Made by a program: the position numbers and the translations under genes. 45,128 bases of DNA from a virus (lineage: Duplodnaviria > Caudoviricetes). Of the stretch, positions 33,997 through 44,015 are shown piece by piece. Below the pieces are notes generated by a model that was given only the letters and a program-made list of their open reading frames with translations, was not told the DNA's origin and ran no database searches. Each line of letters starts with the position of its first letter. Position 1 is the stretch's first letter. The stretch covers positions 1 to 45,128 of IMG/VR virus record IMGVR_UViG_3300030117_003909. One strand, written 5' to 3'.

Positions 33997-35043
33997 ATGG
34001 CAACCCTTCCAACTACCAACCTCACGTTGGCCGACTGGGCCAAGCGTCGCGATCCAGACGGCGGCATGGCCGACATCGCGAACATCCTGTCGCAGTCGAA
34101 CGAGATCCTCGACGACGGCGTCTTCAAGATGGCCAACGGCCCGACGTCACACCGCGTGACCGTCGCGACCGGCCTGCCAGACGTCTACTGGCGCCAGGTC
34201 AACCAAGGTATCTACCCGAGCCACGGCACCACGGCTCAGATCGACGAAGGCATCGGCATGCTGGAGTCGCGTTCTGAGGTCGACATCGCCCTGGCGAAGC
34301 TGGAAGACGACGAGCGCGCGCTGCGCCTGTCGGAAGCTCGCATGCGCCTTGAGGCCATGAACCAGCAGATGGCGACCACCATGTTCTACGGGAACACGGC
34401 CGCCAACCCCGAAAAGTTCATGGGCATCGCCCCACGCTACTCGTCGCTGTCGGCGGGCAACGCGCAGAACATCTTCGACGCTGGCGGCACCGGTTCCGAC
34501 AACACGTCGATTTACCTCATGGGTTGGTCGGATGAGACCTGCCACTTCATCTTCCCGAAGGGCAGCGGCGCTGGCCTGGAACAGAAGGATCTCGGCGAGC
34601 AGACGGTCGACGTTTACTCGGCGGCCGACGGCACCGGCACCTACACCGGTAAGATGCAGGCGCTCGTCGACTGGTTCTGCTGGAAGCTGGGCCTGGTCGT
34701 CAAGGACTGGCGCTACGCCGCTCGCATCTGCAACGTCGACGTCAGCGAGCTCTCTGACTTCTCAGGGGCGCAACAGCTTACCGACTACGGCACGATGATC
34801 ATCCACCGCATGGCGGAGGCGATCTACCGCATCCCGAACTTGGGCATGTGCAAGCCGGCGTTCTACATGAACCGCACGGCTCACGCCGCGCTGTCGCGTA
34901 TGGCGATGGAGAAGCAATCCTCGGTGCTGGGCATCGAGCAAGGTCTGTCGAGCTTCGGCACGGCACGTCAATACCTGTCCTTCATGGGCATCCCGATCCG
35001 TCGCTGTGACGCGATCATCAACGCCGAAGCTCGCGTGGTCTAA
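33997..35043 (+). CDS. Major capsid protein, BPP-1 Bbp17-like
   Basis: LTLADWAKR.DPDG..I.N.LSQ.NEIL.D, TGLP..WR..NQG, F.GIAPRY, DWRY..RI.N.D, F.GIPIRR.DAI.N.EARV. Confidence 0.93.
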   Translation: MATLPTTNLTLADWAKRRDPDGGMADIANILSQSNEILDDGVFKMANGPTSHRVTVATGLPDVYWRQVNQGIYPSHGTTAQIDEGIGMLESRSEVDIALAKLEDDERALRLSEARMRLEAMNQQMATTMFYGNTAANPEKFMGIAPRYSSLSAGNAQNIFDAGGTGSDNTSIYLMGWSDETCHFIFPKGSGAGLEQKDLGEQTVDVYSAADGTGTYTGKMQALVDWFCWKLGLVVKDWRYAARICNVDVSELSDFSGAQQLTDYGTMIIHRMAEAIYRIPNLGMCKPAFYMNRTAHAALSRMAMEKQSSVLGIEQGLSSFGTARQYLSFMGIPIRRCDAIINAEARVV

Positions 35044-35054
35044 GGAGGACTATC

Positions 35055-35591
35055 ATGGCTTTTCTTGACATCAGCTTGAACTTCACCAAGTCCAACGATT
35101 GGGACTTGGGCGCCGACTTGGGGGCGTCTGACACGGAGTATGCCCCCGACGTCATCACCCTGCCGGGGGACACCCAGTCTTGGGACGACTTCGGCGCGGG
35201 GCAGGACTTGGTCGTAGCGATCAACGTCACCGAATCGTTTGCTTCTTCCGGCGACCCGACGTGCCAGTTCGAGGTCGGTCTGGCGACCAACAACGCAGGC
35301 GGTAGCTTCTACTCGCTCGGGCTTAGTCGGGCCTTTACTAAGGCCCAGCTGACTGCCCAAGGGGACACCGGGATCTTGAACCCGGCGGTAGCTAACCTGT
35401 TTATGATCCCGATCAAGCCGCTGGATCTCGACCTCGACGGCACTCCCAACGGCAAGTTTATCTCGCTTCGCGCGGTGAACGCTGTCAGCACGGCGTTCAC
35501 CGCCGGCAAGGTGCAGGCGTGGTTGACGATGAGCAAGGGCACCGGCGTGCAGAACCTGAAGCACTTCCACGAGTCGGGCTTCACCGTCTAA
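35055..35591 (+). CDS. Capsid cement/decoration protein paralogue 1 (divergent Bbp16-like)
   Basis: D.GAGQDL.V.I.VTE.F..G..T.QF.V..FTAGKVQAWL; AAGGAGG RBS; directly after the MCP. Confidence 0.7.
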   Translation: MAFLDISLNFTKSNDWDLGADLGASDTEYAPDVITLPGDTQSWDDFGAGQDLVVAINVTESFASSGDPTCQFEVGLATNNAGGSFYSLGLSRAFTKAQLTAQGDTGILNPAVANLFMIPIKPLDLDLDGTPNGKFISLRAVNAVSTAFTAGKVQAWLTMSKGTGVQNLKHFHESGFTV

Positions 35592-35597
35592 CCCCTA

Positions 35598-35619
35598 GCG
35601 GGCCGCTTCGGCGGCCCGC
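35598..35619 (+). other. Stable hairpin with C(UUCG)G tetraloop between the cement genes (no U-tract)
   Basis: GCGGGCCGC-TTCG-GCGGCCCGC. Confidence 0.75.
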
Positions 35620-35634
35620 CCATCAGGAGGCATC

Positions 35635-36132
35635 ATGCTTATCGAACACAACTGGCGCTTGTCGGAAGAGCAAGCGATTACGGCAACGGCGAACTCGACG
35701 AACGTAATCGACCTCGAAGACGTGCGCGATCTCGGCGAGGGCGCGCCCCTCTACGTGCACACGCAAATCGTGGGCGCCGACTTCAGCGACAGTTCCGGCA
35801 CGGACGCTACGCTCACCATTACGGGGGTCGTGGCTGACAACACGGGACTGACTACCAACGCAGAAGAGATCATCCTCGGCCCGGCGCTTGCGCTGGCTAA
35901 CCTGACTCTTTACTCGCAATACTTCTTTCCGCTGCGCTCCTACCGTTTTGGCGAAGACCTTACGATCTACGCGCACGACGGGACGCCGACAAGCGTCCTG
36001 AACGGTCGGCGCTACTTCGGGCTGAAGTATACGGTCGCCAGTGGTCCGTTTGACGCTGGTAAGCTCACGACGAAGCTAACGCTTGACCAGAGCACTACTC
36101 CGCGGGTCTACCCGGCCAGCACTTCAACCTAA
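35635..36132 (+). CDS. Capsid cement protein paralogue 2 (Bbp16-like)
   Basis: LSEEQAITATANSTNVIDL..RDLG.G..RRYFGLKYTVASGPFDAGK..YP matches the Bbp16 pattern; AGGAGG RBS. Confidence 0.82.
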   Translation: MLIEHNWRLSEEQAITATANSTNVIDLEDVRDLGEGAPLYVHTQIVGADFSDSSGTDATLTITGVVADNTGLTTNAEEIILGPALALANLTLYSQYFFPLRSYRFGEDLTIYAHDGTPTSVLNGRRYFGLKYTVASGPFDAGKLTTKLTLDQSTTPRVYPASTST

Positions 36133-36141
36133 TCTGCAGCC

Positions 36142-36348
36142 ATGTCAAACCAGAAACGTCGCGTGCGCGCGCTCAAAAAAGTCTACGTCGGCAACGTCTT
36201 TCACAACGAAGGAGCCGAGTTTGTCTACGACGGCCCAGCTAACGCAAACCTGTTTCTGGAGCTCGAAGCCGGCGACACCACCCCGGTGACGTCGAACGTG
36301 CCGCGCGCGGAAACGAGCGCGGAGCCCGAAATCGACGACGTGTTGTAG
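36142..36348 (+). CDS. Small protein at the end of the head operon
   Basis: 68 aa, followed by a terminator. Confidence 0.7.
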   Translation: MSNQKRRVRALKKVYVGNVFHNEGAEFVYDGPANANLFLELEAGDTTPVTSNVPRAETSAEPEIDDVL

Positions 36349-36378
36349 CAGATTGTTCGTGTGAGAGAGTGAGTTGAT

Positions 36379-36414
36379 AGCCCTGTCGCCGCCCTCGCGG
36401 GGGCAGGGCTTTTT
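36379..36414 (+). terminator. Rho-independent terminator after the head genes
   Basis: AGCCCTGTC..CCGC-CCTC-GCGG..GGCAGGGCT followed by TTTT. Confidence 0.75.
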
Positions 36415-36426
36415 ACATAAAGCATC

Positions 36427-39400
36427 ATGGTTGACTACACACTAGTGCTGGAGCTCGGGTCGTCGAACGCTGCGCCGCTCGGGGACATTCAAGGTTGGGA
36501 AGACGCACACCCCGAGCTCGCTGTGCGGTCACCTGGCATCGACCGCTCGCGCGCGAAGCAGGTCAGCGCTGGCAGCTACCGCGACGACTTCACGCTAGCC
36601 GCGACGTTCAAAGGCGGCCCGCAATCTGACGTCTACGGCACTACGATCAACGGGACGTGGCAGACGGTCAACCTGCGCGGCGTTGCATCTGACGCTGTTC
36701 GCGTCGCGACGTTCTACAACCCGAGCTCGACGCTCCAAACTCCAACGGCTCACGCACGCAACGTGCCGGGCACCTACAGCGTCGTCGCCGCGACTAGCGA
36801 AACACAGCCCAACAAGGGCGTCGAGTTTGCTACTAACTTCATCGTCCAGGCAGGCCGGATGGCTAGCGATAACGCGGCCAAGATCAGCGCCGTGTCTGGC
36901 ACCGCAGGCAACCAGACGCTGACGACAGCCGAAGCGCACGGCCTGGTTGTGAACGACATTGTAGTGTTTAAGCTGTTGAACTCGATGAATGTCGCAGTAG
37001 ACGACGGGCCCTACAAGATTACGAACGTAGGCTCTACGACTACGTTCAAAATGTCCAAGTGGCCAAGCGGAACCTCGGTGGCCGAGTTGGTGCTCGGCTC
37101 GTCAAGACAGGCGCGAGTTTACAAGGTCAACAACACGGCGTCCCCGTTCTTGATCACGCGCAAGCGCACGGGCTCGACGCACACCTACGCACCGACCGGC
37201 CTTGGCTCTGACTACGGCGGCCGCTTGGTTGTCGATCCGCCGTTCACGCCCGCGCCTGACGACAACGAGGAGTTCACCGTCGACCTGCGATTGCAGCGGG
37301 CACCTGCCGACGCTAACGACCCGCTCGTGCTCGACGCCTACCTGGGCGGCTTCGTCCGCAACAACCCTGCGTTATCGGCGGTTTCTACGCTTCGGACTTC
37401 TACGTCAAGCAGCTTCAAAATGTTGCACTCGCCAAAGCAGCCGCTTCGGCAAGGTCGAGCGTTCACCCTCGACACGTCGGCGTCCGCGTCGTGGCCTTAC
37501 ACAGCGGCCTTGCCCGACAAGATGCAGCTGCTGACCAAGGGCACGCCCGACGGCGGTAGCCCTAACACGGGAACAGACGACGAGTGGTATGTGGTAAACG
37601 AGCACTCGCTAGCGAACTGGCTGACGGTTGGCGACGCCGTGGTCGTTCACGACCTAGGCGACCTGTTCCCTAGCGACGAATGGAATGACGGGCAGACCTA
37701 CTACATCAAAACCGTAAACAGCACCAGCAGTGCGTCGACTAGCTACATCCAACTAGCTGCAACTCCCGGCGGCACGGCTATCAGCTACACCATCGACGGC
37801 ACGCCAGAGACAATGGGCATTTCGCCCTACAAGGAGACCCGCTATCCGATCCGCCAGCCTGTCGCGCTCGTCCCCGCAGCGCACACCGCAACGCAAGGCA
37901 CAAGTGACCGGCTCACGGTTGCCGTCGACCAAGAGTTCTGCGTCGGCGAGCGGATCAAGATCAGCTACGCCACAGGCGACGGGCCGACCAACGCGACCGC
38001 CGGCAGCGACTACTACGTTAAAGCTGTCGACTCAGCAACGACTCCAGGTGCCGAGCTCCTGACGTTGACCACCAACTCCAACACGTCTGCAGGGTCGGCT
38101 CTCAGCATTACGTGGGGCGGTCAAGCGCCAATCGTCGAGCGGCTTGATGCCTACTCGACGTGGCTCTTCGCAAGCACGCGTGACGGTGCCGAGGTCACGA
38201 CGACGACGCACAGCTTGACGACGCTAACGTGGACCGACGCCGACCGCTTTGCCGGGTCGATCGCTGGCTTGCGAATCCGCTGCACGTCAGGAGCTAACGT
38301 GGGCCAGTGGAAGCACGGCAAGCACGTAAGCTACGACAGTTCGACCGGCCTGACGCAGGTTCACTTCGACGGTGATTGGTCAAGCACGCCAACGGTCGAC
38401 GACGTGTTCGTCATCGAGCCGACGCCCGTAGGCTCTGACGACCGGCCCTACGAGAAGTTCTGCCAACTGCTGCCCTGGGCACCCTTTGAGGGCCGAGCTC
38501 GCGGTAGCGTCGAAGCTGGCCTGTCTACGGTGACGATCGCGCACGGAACAACGACTTCGGCGATCACAGCGGTCGGCTTGTCTGCGCCTGACCGGTCAGC
38601 GGTCAAGTTCTACACGACGGGCACGCTGCCCAACGGCTTGACGCCTGGCAAGACTTACTACGTCAGCAAGGGGTCGGGCACGTCAGCGGAGATCACCACG
38701 ACCTATGGCGGGACTAGCGCCATGCAGACGTCGGCGTCGGGCAGCGGCACGCACTACGCCGAGGTGGTTGACAACGATAACGGGTTTAACCCGCACCCGC
38801 CTGGCTTTAACTACCCTGGCCAATTCTCGATCCCGCGTCGCTACATGCCGTTCGACGGCTACGTGCAAGGGTCGTTCTACGGCGAGCAGACGTCGCAACA
38901 GTCCGCCGGGATCAGCGCCGGGATGCAGCTGGCGTTTGACCTGCACAGCCACACTGGCCGGCGCTCGCTCTACGCCCCGTTGGCTTTCGAGAAGACGACG
39001 CTGAAACACCGCGAAGTGCACGCCGACGGCACAGGTGCTGTGTTCGGATGGTCCGACCTAAACCAGCAACTCAGCTGGGCGCCTGGTGAGACCAACGGTT
39101 GCTTCGCGCGCTTGCTCGACATGCTTGACGGCATCAAGCTGGCGCTGACGGAAGAGAGCTCGACCATTGCCGATGTCGTGGTCCACTTTAACCAGGGCGA
39201 AGAAGACGCCGGCGTCGAGTATCTCGCGAACAACTACCGCAAGAACTTGCACCAGTTTAAAGCCGCCGTCCGCCAGGCGCTCTACGACCGCGGGCTCTCG
39301 CCGGTCAAGCCGGAGCGCATCAAGTGGTTGCAAGCCACAATCCCGACGGACGTGCCGCCGCGATCGGACCAGTCTACTACGACCCGCTGGCCCTACGCGT

Positions 39401-40254
39401 CGACGGTCAACACCGCGATCGAGGCCGAGGCGCTAGCTGACGACTACAGCCGGTCGCTTACGGGCACGGACCTAGAGTCGCACGCTGACCGCACGGTCTT
39501 CAGCGACAACGCTGCAGCTGACGAGGAGCACTACCACGGCACGCAGATGGACTTACTTGGCCAGCGCGCGTTCACGGCGTTTAAGGCGCTAGAGCGTAGC
39601 GGCTACAGCGAGACCGAGGTCTGCAACATGGCGCTGTCTTACCTCGGCGAGCCTGGCCGGCTAACCAACGTCGACACCGACACGTCGCGCGAGGCCGAGC
39701 TCTGCCGGCAGTTCCTGGCTGTCGCGCGCGACGAGCTACTAGAGCGACATGCCTGGGACTTCGCGCTGCGCTCCGTCTCGCCGACGAAGCGCACGGCGTC
39801 TCCGCGTGTCGACTACAAGTATGCCTACGACTACCCCGACAACGTCGCCAGCGTGCTGAGCCTGGTGCGGTCGGACGTCGACTACAACTACAAGACGATG
39901 GGCACGACCGGCCAGCACGACTACACGGTCGAGCTCGACGACAACGGCGACCGCGTGCTGCTTACGGACCTGAACGACGCGCTGATGCTCTACGTCGCCA
40001 AGGTCACCGACCCGACAAAGTGGAGCACCGTCTTCACCTCGGCGCTCGCCTGGCGCCTGGTCTTCCACCTGGCCGGCGCCATTCTCAAGGGTGAAGAAGG
40101 ATCGAAGAAAGCCGCGGCCGCAGCGCAGATGGCAGAGAACGTCTTGCGAACTGCGACTAAGCACGACAGCGACCACAAGCGCGACGTCGACATCAGCAAT
40201 CACGTCCCCGTATTCCTGCGCCACCGCAGCAACCCAGGCAACTACCGTCGATGA
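36427..40254 (+). CDS. Tail adaptor (tail tubular protein A, T7 gp11-like; about 39601-40254) fused C-terminally to an SGNH/SASA-type esterase interrupted by about 800 aa of beta-rich modules
   Basis: C-terminal SETEVCNMALSYLG..EAELC..ARD.LL..H.W.FA..Y.YAY.YP..F..ALAW.L; esterase blocks LGSSNA (36457), FNQGEED (39187-39207), DEEH (39520). Confidence 0.8.
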   Translation: MVDYTLVLELGSSNAAPLGDIQGWEDAHPELAVRSPGIDRSRAKQVSAGSYRDDFTLAATFKGGPQSDVYGTTINGTWQTVNLRGVASDAVRVATFYNPSSTLQTPTAHARNVPGTYSVVAATSETQPNKGVEFATNFIVQAGRMASDNAAKISAVSGTAGNQTLTTAEAHGLVVNDIVVFKLLNSMNVAVDDGPYKITNVGSTTTFKMSKWPSGTSVAELVLGSSRQARVYKVNNTASPFLITRKRTGSTHTYAPTGLGSDYGGRLVVDPPFTPAPDDNEEFTVDLRLQRAPADANDPLVLDAYLGGFVRNNPALSAVSTLRTSTSSSFKMLHSPKQPLRQGRAFTLDTSASASWPYTAALPDKMQLLTKGTPDGGSPNTGTDDEWYVVNEHSLANWLTVGDAVVVHDLGDLFPSDEWNDGQTYYIKTVNSTSSASTSYIQLAATPGGTAISYTIDGTPETMGISPYKETRYPIRQPVALVPAAHTATQGTSDRLTVAVDQEFCVGERIKISYATGDGPTNATAGSDYYVKAVDSATTPGAELLTLTTNSNTSAGSALSITWGGQAPIVERLDAYSTWLFASTRDGAEVTTTTHSLTTLTWTDADRFAGSIAGLRIRCTSGANVGQWKHGKHVSYDSSTGLTQVHFDGDWSSTPTVDDVFVIEPTPVGSDDRPYEKFCQLLPWAPFEGRARGSVEAGLSTVTIAHGTTTSAITAVGLSAPDRSAVKFYTTGTLPNGLTPGKTYYVSKGSGTSAEITTTYGGTSAMQTSASGSGTHYAEVVDNDNGFNPHPPGFNYPGQFSIPRRYMPFDGYVQGSFYGEQTSQQSAGISAGMQLAFDLHSHTGRRSLYAPLAFEKTTLKHREVHADGTGAVFGWSDLNQQLSWAPGETNGCFARLLDMLDGIKLALTEESSTIADVVVHFNQGEEDAGVEYLANNYRKNLHQFKAAVRQALYDRGLSPVKPERIKWLQATIPTDVPPRSDQSTTTRWPYASTVNTAIEAEALADDYSRSLTGTDLESHADRTVFSDNAAADEEHYHGTQMDLLGQRAFTAFKALERSGYSETEVCNMALSYLGEPGRLTNVDTDTSREAELCRQFLAVARDELLERHAWDFALRSVSPTKRTASPRVDYKYAYDYPDNVASVLSLVRSDVDYNYKTMGTTGQHDYTVELDDNGDRVLLTDLNDALMLYVAKVTDPTKWSTVFTSALAWRLVFHLAGAILKGEEGSKKAAAAAQMAENVLRTATKHDSDHKRDVDISNHVPVFLRHRSNPGNYRR

Positions 40255-43200
40255 ACACTCGGACAGTCCAGCTTTCGTTTGCGGGCGGCGAGATCTCTCC
40301 CGAGCTCTACGGTCGCCCCGACGCAACGCAATACCGGACAGGGGCTGCCCAGCTTAAAAACTGGGTCGTCAAGCCGCAGGGGCCCGCGCGCACGCGGCCG
40401 GGGTTCCGGCACGTCGCTACGTCCGCAGCGACAAACGCGCCGCGGATGGTGCCGTTTATCTACTCGACAGGTCAGAGCTTGGCGCTTGAGATCAGCCGCA
40501 ACGCCTCTGGCAAGTCAGTCGTCCGTTTCTTCACTCAAGGCGCCCCTCTGCTGTGGGCGGTTCCGTTTAACCTGGGCTCGGCTACGGTCGCGGTCGACAC
40601 CGCAGCCGACACGCTGACCGGGCTAGAGCGCCACGAGTATACGAAAGACACGCAAGTAAAGGTGCTGGCAGCTGACGGCGCGACGCTCCCGACCGGGATC
40701 AGCGGCGGAACAACCTACTACGCGCACGGGAGCTCGACCACGTTCACCGCGCGCCGGTTCCAGCTGCACACGTCGTCTGGCGGGAGTAGCTTGCTAAACA
40801 TCTCAGGCACCGGCTCGGGCTACATCCGTGCGTTTAAGAGTGTCGACTTACCTGCCGCGTGGGCCGCGTCGACGGCTTACGCGGTTGGCGATTTGATCTA
40901 CTGGCAGGGTGGGGGTGGCGTAAACCAAGGCGTGTTCTGGTGCGCGGAAGCGCACACGTCGTCAGGCACCGACCCGCTCGACGCCGGCGCGGCCAAGTGG
41001 CACCGCCAGCCAGACGACGGCGCTCTCGAATGCGTGCTTCCCGTGAGCTACGCACAGGCTGATCTCGACAAGCTGGTGTGGCGCCAGAACGGCGACGTGT
41101 TGACTTTGGCAAACAACGCCGGCACATACGCGCTGGTTGAAATCCAACGTGCGGGCGCCACGTCGTGGAAGACCGTGCTAGTGTCGCTCGGTTCCTCGTT
41201 AACCGCCCCGACCATCAGCAGCGTTGTCTCTGACCGCGGCTCTTCAGTTTTTATTAAAGAGGTCGGAACCTGGGGCAGCGATAGTCGGTGCTTCACGGGC
41301 ACTGCGCCTGGCGTAGCTGTGGGCGACGTTATCTACGTCGAAGCTATCGACCAAACAGGCACATCGTCGGCTAACCACCACGAGCTCGTGCACCCACTAA
41401 CCGGTGCGCGAACTGATTGGGTTGCCGGGAGCTACATTGTTAATCGCATCCAAGGCAATTCGATTGGTCTTCGCGATCTTACCGGCAGGCGCTTGGAGAA
41501 GGCGTCTGGTGGCAGCAGCGACAAGCTCGACATCACGGCCAACTTCTACTACAGCAGTTCGACCGTCGACACGACGCAAAAATACAAAGTGACGGCGCTT
41601 GATGACGACGGGCGTGAATCGCTAGCGTCAGCTGAGGGCACTGGCACTAACGTGCTGGAAGTTAACGGGGCCGCCAACACCGTTAACTGGAGCGCAATTA
41701 CCGGAGCCAACCGCTACCGGGTCTACAAGAAAGAGAACGGGTTGTTCGGCTACATCGGGGAGTCGGACACGACGTCGTTCGAGGACGACAACATCGCGCC
41801 GGACCTCGGGCGGACTCCGCCGATCACCGACACTTCGATCACCGGGTCGAACTACCCAGCGGCCGTAGGCGGCCACGAGCAGCGCTTGTTCTTGGCGTCA
41901 ACGTCTAGCAACCCCCAAACAGTCTGGGGCTCGAAGACAGGCAGCGAGCTCGATTTCACGTTCACGCTTCCGGTCCAAGACGATAACCGGCTTAAACTCG
42001 TGCTGGACTCCAACCAGGCGCAGACCGTCCGCCACATCCTGGGGATGCGCGATCTGATTCTGCTAACCCTGTCCGGCGAGTTCCGCGTGCGCGCGACCGA
42101 CGACGGCGCGCTGGCTCCGTCGACGGTGTTCGCGCGTCAGGAAGGCTATGACGGCGCGAACAACGCGCAGCCGGCGGCCATCTCTAACCACGTCGTCTAC
42201 TGCGCCGCGCGTGGGGGTCACGTCCGCAAGCTAGCTTACGAAGCGCGTCGCGCGGCGTTCGAGTCGCTAAGCGTAAGTCTGCGAGCTCCGCACCTGTTCG
42301 ACGATTTCGAGGTCACCGACTTTGGCGCGGGCAAGGCTCCGTTCCCCTGCGTCTGGGCGTGCTCGTCAAGCGGCAAGCTGCTTGGCCTCACGTTCGTGCC
42401 GGAAGAGCAGGTCGAAGGCTGGCACCAGCACGAGACGACGGGCACGTTTGAGTCGATCGCAGTAGTCCCCGAAGACGACGAGGACGTGGTCTATGCGTCT
42501 GTGAAGCACACCAACAGCAGCGGTGCCACGGTCTACACCGTAGAGCGCATGCAAGAGTTCGCCGTCTCTGACATCAAGCAAGCGGCCTGCTTGGACGCGC
42601 ACACGTCGACCTACTCGACAGCCGCAGCGCCCTACACCGCTGGCGTGCGGGTAGACGCTACTAGCCTGGCGGTCGGCGCAGCCGTCACGTTGACCGGGCG
42701 CACCACCGCTGACTCAAGCACCGAGACGGTGTTCGACAGCCAAGACGTCGGCCGTGAAGTGCACTTGACAAGCGGCACTACGACTTACCGCGTGCAGGTA
42801 ACCGGCTTTACTAGCGACGCGTCCGTCTCGGGCCTGCTGCTAGACGCCTTGCCGGCCAGCCTAGCCGGCTCGACCTTTGCGTCGGGCAGCTGGCGCTTCG
42901 CGAGCTCGCGCGTCTACGTGCCGGCCTGGCAGGCGGGCACGTCGTGCGCGGTCGTTGCGGATTCGGTCGAGGCCACGGCTGCAACGGCCGTAGCTAGCGC
43001 GCACGACACGGACCTAGCCTACGTTGACCTGGCGTCGCCTGGCCTCAACGTGCACGTTGGCCTGGCCTACACCTGCGACCTGCAGACGCTGCCAATTGCG
43101 ATCCAGGTCGAGGGCCTGGGCACTGGCCGAGAAAAGAACATCGACAAGGCGTGGCTGCGACTCTACGAAGCCGCCGGCCTGGCCGTGGGCCCTGACGCCG

Positions 43201-43373
43201 ACAACCTTCAACCGGTCACTGACGCGCAAGACAGCGCGACTCTGGCGACCGGCGAGAAGCGCACTTTGGTGACAGGGAAATGGACCGAAGACGGGCAGCT
43301 TCTAGTGCGGCAAGCAAAGCCCTTTCCTGCAACTGTCGTGTCGCTTGCGGCGCGTGTATCTTTCGGAGATTAA
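40251..43373 (+). CDS. Tail nozzle (tail tubular protein B, T7 gp12-like) with inserted modules including a CBM5/12-like domain
   Basis: QLSFAGGEISPELYGR.D..Y..G...N..V.PQG..RPG, YP.AV..EQRL, QTVW.S..G, GWHQH.T.G, VHVGL.Y; insert WAASTAYAVGDL...WC..AHTS..P..W. Confidence 0.9.
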   Translation: MNTRTVQLSFAGGEISPELYGRPDATQYRTGAAQLKNWVVKPQGPARTRPGFRHVATSAATNAPRMVPFIYSTGQSLALEISRNASGKSVVRFFTQGAPLLWAVPFNLGSATVAVDTAADTLTGLERHEYTKDTQVKVLAADGATLPTGISGGTTYYAHGSSTTFTARRFQLHTSSGGSSLLNISGTGSGYIRAFKSVDLPAAWAASTAYAVGDLIYWQGGGGVNQGVFWCAEAHTSSGTDPLDAGAAKWHRQPDDGALECVLPVSYAQADLDKLVWRQNGDVLTLANNAGTYALVEIQRAGATSWKTVLVSLGSSLTAPTISSVVSDRGSSVFIKEVGTWGSDSRCFTGTAPGVAVGDVIYVEAIDQTGTSSANHHELVHPLTGARTDWVAGSYIVNRIQGNSIGLRDLTGRRLEKASGGSSDKLDITANFYYSSSTVDTTQKYKVTALDDDGRESLASAEGTGTNVLEVNGAANTVNWSAITGANRYRVYKKENGLFGYIGESDTTSFEDDNIAPDLGRTPPITDTSITGSNYPAAVGGHEQRLFLASTSSNPQTVWGSKTGSELDFTFTLPVQDDNRLKLVLDSNQAQTVRHILGMRDLILLTLSGEFRVRATDDGALAPSTVFARQEGYDGANNAQPAAISNHVVYCAARGGHVRKLAYEARRAAFESLSVSLRAPHLFDDFEVTDFGAGKAPFPCVWACSSSGKLLGLTFVPEEQVEGWHQHETTGTFESIAVVPEDDEDVVYASVKHTNSSGATVYTVERMQEFAVSDIKQAACLDAHTSTYSTAAAPYTAGVRVDATSLAVGAAVTLTGRTTADSSTETVFDSQDVGREVHLTSGTTTYRVQVTGFTSDASVSGLLLDALPASLAGSTFASGSWRFASSRVYVPAWQAGTSCAVVADSVEATAATAVASAHDTDLAYVDLASPGLNVHVGLAYTCDLQTLPIAIQVEGLGTGREKNIDKAWLRLYEAAGLAVGPDADNLQPVTDAQDSATLATGEKRTLVTGKWTEDGQLLVRQAKPFPATVVSLAARVSFGD

Positions 43374-44015
43374 ATGGCTGGCATTCTTTACGACCCGTTC
43401 AACGACCCGCAAGTTGGTCTGCCAGGCGTCAACCTTAACTTGTCGGCTGGCGACGACATGGCAGAGGCCAAGTGGAACAAGACCGTCGGCAAGACTCTTG
43501 CTATCGGGGCTGTTGGGCTCCAGGCAGTGGCTGGATTCTTTGCCGCCCAGACCAAGCAGCAAACGCTTAAAGGTAAAGCGCTCGACGCCGAGTTCGCAGG
43601 CACTCAGCTAGACATGCAAGCGAGCGACTTTGAGCAGCAAGCGCTCATGATGATTTCCGCAGGCAACGCCGAGGTCTCGCGGCGCGGTATGCAAGCCGGG
43701 CAAGAGCGAGCTCGTGCAGTAGTCAACTCAGCGCGCCGTGGCGTAGTGGCTGCCGCCGGGAGCTCGGCCGAGGTGCGGGCGTCGATGGAGCTTGTTCGCA
43801 AAATGGAAGCGCGGACGATCCGCACTAACGCACGGCGACAAGCGCAACAGGCGCGGCGCTCGGCGCTCAACGCTCGTATGCGCGCCCGCGCGTCTCGCAC
43901 TACAGCCGCCAACCTTCGCGGCGCAGCAAACGCCATTAACCCCGGCCTGATAGCGCTCGGCGGTGCCGCGCAAACGGGCCTGCAAGCGTCTACCGCTTTC
44001 ATGAAAATCAAATGA
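43374..44015 (+). CDS. Small internal virion/ejection protein (T7 gp14-like)
   Basis: Ala/Gln-rich, A..GV....GS...V motif, position directly after the nozzle. Confidence 0.75.
   Translation: MAGILYDPFNDPQVGLPGVNLNLSAGDDMAEAKWNKTVGKTLAIGAVGLQAVAGFFAAQTKQQTLKGKALDAEFAGTQLDMQASDFEQQALMMISAGNAEVSRRGMQAGQERARAVVNSARRGVVAAAGSSAEVRASMELVRKMEARTIRTNARRQAQQARRSALNARMRARASRTTAANLRGAANAINPGLIALGGAAQTGLQASTAFMKIK

Noticed and set aside
35598-35619. Intrinsic terminator
   Set aside because: No U-tract follows the stem; kept as a stabilising or processing hairpin
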